From: Kiritimatiellia bacterium | GTDB lineage: Bacteria > Verrucomicrobiota > Kiritimatiellia > RFP12 > UBA1067 | Direction: 5' to 3' | DNA: 64,000 bases | Assembly (NCBI GenBank): GCA_045598585.1 | Contig: JAZLMG010000023.1 | Location: 6,051 to 70,050 of the forward strand | Shown here: piece by piece, positions 60,402 through 64,000 of the stretch | How the letters are laid out: each line of letters opens with the position of its first letter | Numbering within the stretch: position 1 is the first letter of the stretch | Notes under the pieces: generated by a model | Seen by the model: only the letters and a program-made list of their open reading frames with translations | What the model was told of the DNA's origin: nothing | Database searches by the model: none | Program-made: the position numbers and the translations under genes

Positions 60402-63400
60402 ATGCCGATTAAGGCGATACTAAAGCTCCTGCGGCGCACATTTATCTTGTGCGCCGCGCTTTCTTTCTCCGCACCGCTTTATGCGGAGAATGCGCCGGAT
60501 TTTCATCGTTGGAATACGCTTGTAGAAAGTGGCAGTACATTACTCTTCTATAAGACCGAAGCTCAGCTAAAGAACATAACGACCAATAACACGAGCGGTA
60601 GTACTTTGCTTCATGGTAAGAGCGAACTTAAGAGAGAGCCGGCCGCCTCGCCGCTAACCTATACCTATGTGGCTACTCCTGATCTCGGGTATCATTTCGC
60701 TCATTGGAGTTGCACGCCGATTCAAATTACAGAGGTTGAGTCCTCCATTTATCCTTTCTGTTATGGCGAGAATCCGGAGCTTGTTTTTTATGTGAATAAG
60801 GGTTCCGACTCAAGAACGTTTAAGATCAATCTTTGCCCGCTCTTTGAACCTAATGCCTACACGATCAAATTTGCTGCGAATGGTGCATCGGGCTCTATGG
60901 CCAATCTCGCGATGACATATGATACGGCCAAGAATCTCACCGCCAACGGCTTTACCAAGACCGGCTATAGTTTCAAGTCCTGGCTCAATAAGGCCGATAA
61001 TAAGACCTATAATAATAAAGCATCGGTCAAAAATCTTACCTCCGTTAAAGGGGCGACGGTTACGCTTACCGCTCAATGGACTAATAACGTCTATACCGTT
61101 ACCTTCGATACTCGAGGCGGCTCGGACGTTTCCAAGATCAGTGTCCAATTCGATAAGGCCTATAAGGACACTATCGGTACCGCTTTCCCCGGCAGTCCCA
61201 CCAAAACTGGTTATAACTTTATGGGCTGGTCTCTCGAGAGCGACGCGTCCAGCGGCAATATTACCGGTGACTCGACCGTCAAGACTGCAGCTGATCATAT
61301 TCTCTATGCTACGTGGCAAGCTATTCCCTACACAATTACTCTCGATCGCGACGGCGGTAGTGGCGGTAGCGAGACTATTTCAACCGGTTTCGATGAACTG
61401 ATGCCGACTATTACTTCGCCCTCGCGACTCGGCTACAGCTTCGATGGTTATTACAAATTTAAGAACGGCTCCGGAACTAAGTACTATAACGCCGACGGAA
61501 CCGGTGCCCATGTTTGGGATGTAAACTCTTATAACTTCGTTGATACGCTTTACGCGCATTGGATTCCTAACACCTACACTATCGTTTTCGACAAGAACGA
61601 TTCCGATGCCACCGGAACAATGTCCGCTCAGGTAATGACATACGACAAGTCGGCCGCGCTTACGCCGAATGCTTATACGAAGAGCGGCTACGACTTCGCG
61701 GGTTGGACTTCCGATATGGGCGAGTATTCCGATAAGCAAACGGTCTTAAATCTTTCGTCCGAGAACGGTGCGATGATTACGTTAAAAGCGAAGTGGGCTC
61801 CGAAGGGCTATACGGTTAAGTTCGATGGTAACGGTTTCTCTTCCGGAACCATGTATCCTCAATCGGTCGCATATGAGGCCGTCGCTAAGCTTAAGACGAA
61901 CGCCTTCTCAAGGACGGGTTATACTTTCGGTGGTTGGGCGACAACCGCCGCTGGTGATGCCGAATTCGGTAATGAGGAGGAGATAAAAAATCTCGCCTCG
62001 CCGGGAGGAGAAGTTACGCTCTTTGCCGTTTGGACGCCGATCAAGTACAAACTCGCTTTCAATTCGTATGGTGGCGAAGGTAAAATGGATGAGATCGAGC
62101 TCACCTACGACCATGAGACCAAACTTCCCGCCAACACCTTTACTCGCGAACACTATGACTTCAGCGGCTGGAAACTCGATTCCAAGGATTATGCCGACGG
62201 AGCATCGGTGATTAATCTTACGACGAGCGAGACGACGCTTACTTTCTATGCTCAATGGACCGCTAAGACCTGCACGGTAACTTTCGATCCCGGCGAGAGC
62301 ACGATTGCGGTGGAAAATGCCACGAAAACAGTTCAGTATAATACTAAGTACGATGTACTCCCGACACCGGATGAACGACATGGCTACAACTTCATCGGTT
62401 GGCATCTCGAATCGACCAATTATTCGGGTCAGATTTATCCGACCACTTACGTAGGCCTAAGCACCGACCATACTGTTACGGCGATTTGGATGGCGAAGGC
62501 GGAGTTTCTGGTTTCGTTCAATGTCGACGGAGGTGAAGCGCTTGAACCGCGGAAGTATATCGGTGATTACACCTATGGTGACCGCGGACTCCCGACGCCC
62601 GTTAAGACCGGTTATACTTTCGTCAAGTGGCACTATGCGGGTAGTGAAGATGCGGTGACCGACTCTACGCCGATGCTTAAGAAGGATCATATGCTTTATG
62701 CTGCGTGGCAAGCGAATCAATATAGCGTTACCTTCGTTGCCGACGGCGAGACGTATGAAACGATTAACGAGACGTACGACTCGACCTATGCGCTTCCTGC
62801 GACCGATCCGGAGAAGGCGGGTTATACGTTCCTCGGTTGGTATACTGCCGCGACCGAAGGAGTGGAAGTGACGGCTGAAACCAAGGTCGCGATAACTGCC
62901 GCGCAAACTCTCTATGCTCGATTCGGTGCGAAGGAGTACAAGATCGTTTTCGATAAGAATCATCCCAACGCCGTTGCCGCGCCTGCATCCAAGACGCTTA
63001 AGTACGATGATGTATATACTCTTCCCGACTTTGCTGCGGAAGGCGAAGCTCATCCTAATCCCTCGTATCGTTTCGTCGGTTGGAAGCATAATCCCGAAGA
63101 CTCGTCCGATCCGCTTCCTGCGGGTACTGAAGTTTCGAAGCTTTCGACCGGTGATGCTTATATTTTCTACGCGATCTGGGAACTTGATCTCAATGACCTC
63201 TCCGCCGCGGCACATTGTAAGAATGCCGAAGTTTCCTCCGAAGATTGGGAGATCGTCGAAGGCGATCCGACTTCAATTCGCAGCAAGATCTCTGCGATCG
63301 GAGGTAACGCCGACGACAAGGCGTTGACCTTGGCGATTCGTGGCTCCGGCACCTTGTATTTCCTCGCTAAGCAATCTTCAAATATGAGCGAAAACCTGTC

Positions 63401-64000
63401 GCTCCACTTGCGTGGCGAAGACAACGGCGTGAATATTGACGAAACGATTGCTACTACGGCGAACTGGCAGCTCAAATCGTATTCCCTTACCAACGTTACC
63501 AAGGATTTTTGGTTTGCGATAGATTACAAAATTTCATCGGCACCACCGGAGCATCATTACTATCTCGACGAGATCGTTTGGCTTCCGGATGGCGAAAGCT
63601 ACGAGGAGTCTCGCGAGAAATTCGAGGTGACGGTTACCGCGACGAACTTTGAGAGTTGGACTTCGAGTCCGGCGGCCGACGCGGATGGTGTGATTATCGT
63701 TTATGACGGCGACTCCGTTAAAGTCTGGGGCACGCCTCTCGAGGGCTATACGACTTCGTACAAGTCCGAAGAGACAGCATACGTACTTACCTCGGTGAAG
63801 CAGAACGAGACCATCGTTCTGACCGCGACTCAAGATATTAAGCTCAGCGATCTCGCCAAAGCCGCGAACTGCAAGAATATCGACATCACAAGTTCGACTA
63901 ATGGTGGCGCTTGGTCTAAAACCACCTTGGTCGATGCAGTAGGTATTTGGAGCGCTCCCACCACTAGATATACTTCGAATGATGACATTGTCCTGACGGC
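60402..64000 (+). CDS. secreted Listeria-Bacteroides-repeat (Flg_new) protein, C-terminally truncated by the window edge (more than 1,199 aa)
   Basis: It is absent from the ORF track because there is no stop before 64000. I translated the frame by hand from ATG 60402 (MPIKAILKLLRRTFILCAALSFSAPLYAENAP…) to the end and found no stop. It starts 13 nt after the secretin stop. Confidence 0.85.
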   Translation, partial: MPIKAILKLLRRTFILCAALSFSAPLYAENAPDFHRWNTLVESGSTLLFYKTEAQLKNITTNNTSGSTLLHGKSELKREPAASPLTYTYVATPDLGYHFAHWSCTPIQITEVESSIYPFCYGENPELVFYVNKGSDSRTFKINLCPLFEPNAYTIKFAANGASGSMANLAMTYDTAKNLTANGFTKTGYSFKSWLNKADNKTYNNKASVKNLTSVKGATVTLTAQWTNNVYTVTFDTRGGSDVSKISVQFDKAYKDTIGTAFPGSPTKTGYNFMGWSLESDASSGNITGDSTVKTAADHILYATWQAIPYTITLDRDGGSGGSETISTGFDELMPTITSPSRLGYSFDGYYKFKNGSGTKYYNADGTGAHVWDVNSYNFVDTLYAHWIPNTYTIVFDKNDSDATGTMSAQVMTYDKSAALTPNAYTKSGYDFAGWTSDMGEYSDKQTVLNLSSENGAMITLKAKWAPKGYTVKFDGNGFSSGTMYPQSVAYEAVAKLKTNAFSRTGYTFGGWATTAAGDAEFGNEEEIKNLASPGGEVTLFAVWTPIKYKLAFNSYGGEGKMDEIELTYDHETKLPANTFTREHYDFSGWKLDSKDYADGASVINLTTSETTLTFYAQWTAKTCTVTFDPGESTIAVENATKTVQYNTKYDVLPTPDERHGYNFIGWHLESTNYSGQIYPTTYVGLSTDHTVTAIWMAKAEFLVSFNVDGGEALEPRKYIGDYTYGDRGLPTPVKTGYTFVKWHYAGSEDAVTDSTPMLKKDHMLYAAWQANQYSVTFVADGETYETINETYDSTYALPATDPEKAGYTFLGWYTAATEGVEVTAETKVAITAAQTLYARFGAKEYKIVFDKNHPNAVAAPASKTLKYDDVYTLPDFAAEGEAHPNPSYRFVGWKHNPEDSSDPLPAGTEVSKLSTGDAYIFYAIWELDLNDLSAAAHCKNAEVSSEDWEIVEGDPTSIRSKISAIGGNADDKALTLAIRGSGTLYFLAKQSSNMSENLSLHLRGEDNGVNIDETIATTANWQLKSYSLTNVTKDFWFAIDYKISSAPPEHHYYLDEIVWLPDGESYEESREKFEVTVTATNFESWTSSPAADADGVIIVYDGDSVKVWGTPLEGYTTSYKSEETAYVLTSVKQNETIVLTATQDIKLSDLAKAANCKNIDITSSTNGGAWSKTTLVDAVGIWSAPTTRYTSNDDIVLT
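60858..63180 (+). repeat. about ten tandem Flg_new-type repeat units (~70-80 aa each)
   Basis: Units begin YTIKFAANG, YTVTFDTRGG, YTITLDRDGG, YTIVFDKND, YTVKFDGNG, YKLAFNSYGG, CTVTFDPGE, FLVSFNVDGG, YSVTFVADG, YKIVFDKNH. Each contains …(K/R)(T/S)GY.F.GW…. Confidence 0.8.

Noticed and set aside
1-64000. I searched by eye for tRNA, rRNA, tmRNA, CRISPR arrays, transposases, integrases, toxin-antitoxin pairs and known defence genes.
   Set aside because: I found none. The intergenic regions are short apart from 864-1237, 3638-3836, 4257-4891, 7949-8191, 9602-9784, 11582-11825 and 28499-28713. None of these shows tRNA-like T-arm/acceptor signatures or IS-type terminal inverted repeats. A covariance-model scan should still be run.

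Overview
This 64-kb window lies next to the chromosomal replication origin. It probably comes from a PVC-superphylum bacterium (Lentisphaerota/Verrucomicrobiota-like). That assignment is inferred only from the pseudopilin type and a pilus cluster resembling Akkermansia Amuc_1098-1102, so it is not proven.

Positions 1-11581: every gene is on the minus strand.
- A SIMPL protein.
- A ~3.6-kb low-GC islet carrying a 5-copy iteron-like array, a Rep-like wHTH gene, an Arch_ATPase-type ATPase and a lipoprotein.
- A coiled-coil protein, a THUMP methyltransferase, dnaN, dnaA and mnmG.
- DnaA-box-like TTATCAACA sites cluster in the three AT-rich gaps around dnaA and mnmG. Three parS-like palindromes sit inside the mnmG coding sequence.

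Positions 11826-64000: every gene is on the plus strand.
- A small metabolic block: metalloenzyme, ROK kinase, NahK-like kinase, SDR and tdh.
- A ~32-kb block of secreted giants (863 aa, ~2,679 aa, 6,654 aa) with a translationally coupled pseudopilin gene.
- ackA-pta-kpsF.
- A PilM-PilN / Amuc_1100-like / secretin cluster.
- A truncated protein of more than 1,199 aa built from Listeria-Bacteroides repeats.

I recognised no rRNA, tRNA, CRISPR array, transposase or integrase.

The most interesting hypothesis is that the giants, the pseudopilin and the secretin cluster form one surface-fibre or secretion system. The many long antisense ORFs in the track are shadow ORFs of the strongly codon-biased genes. 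All family calls rest on motif recognition by eye and need profile searches.
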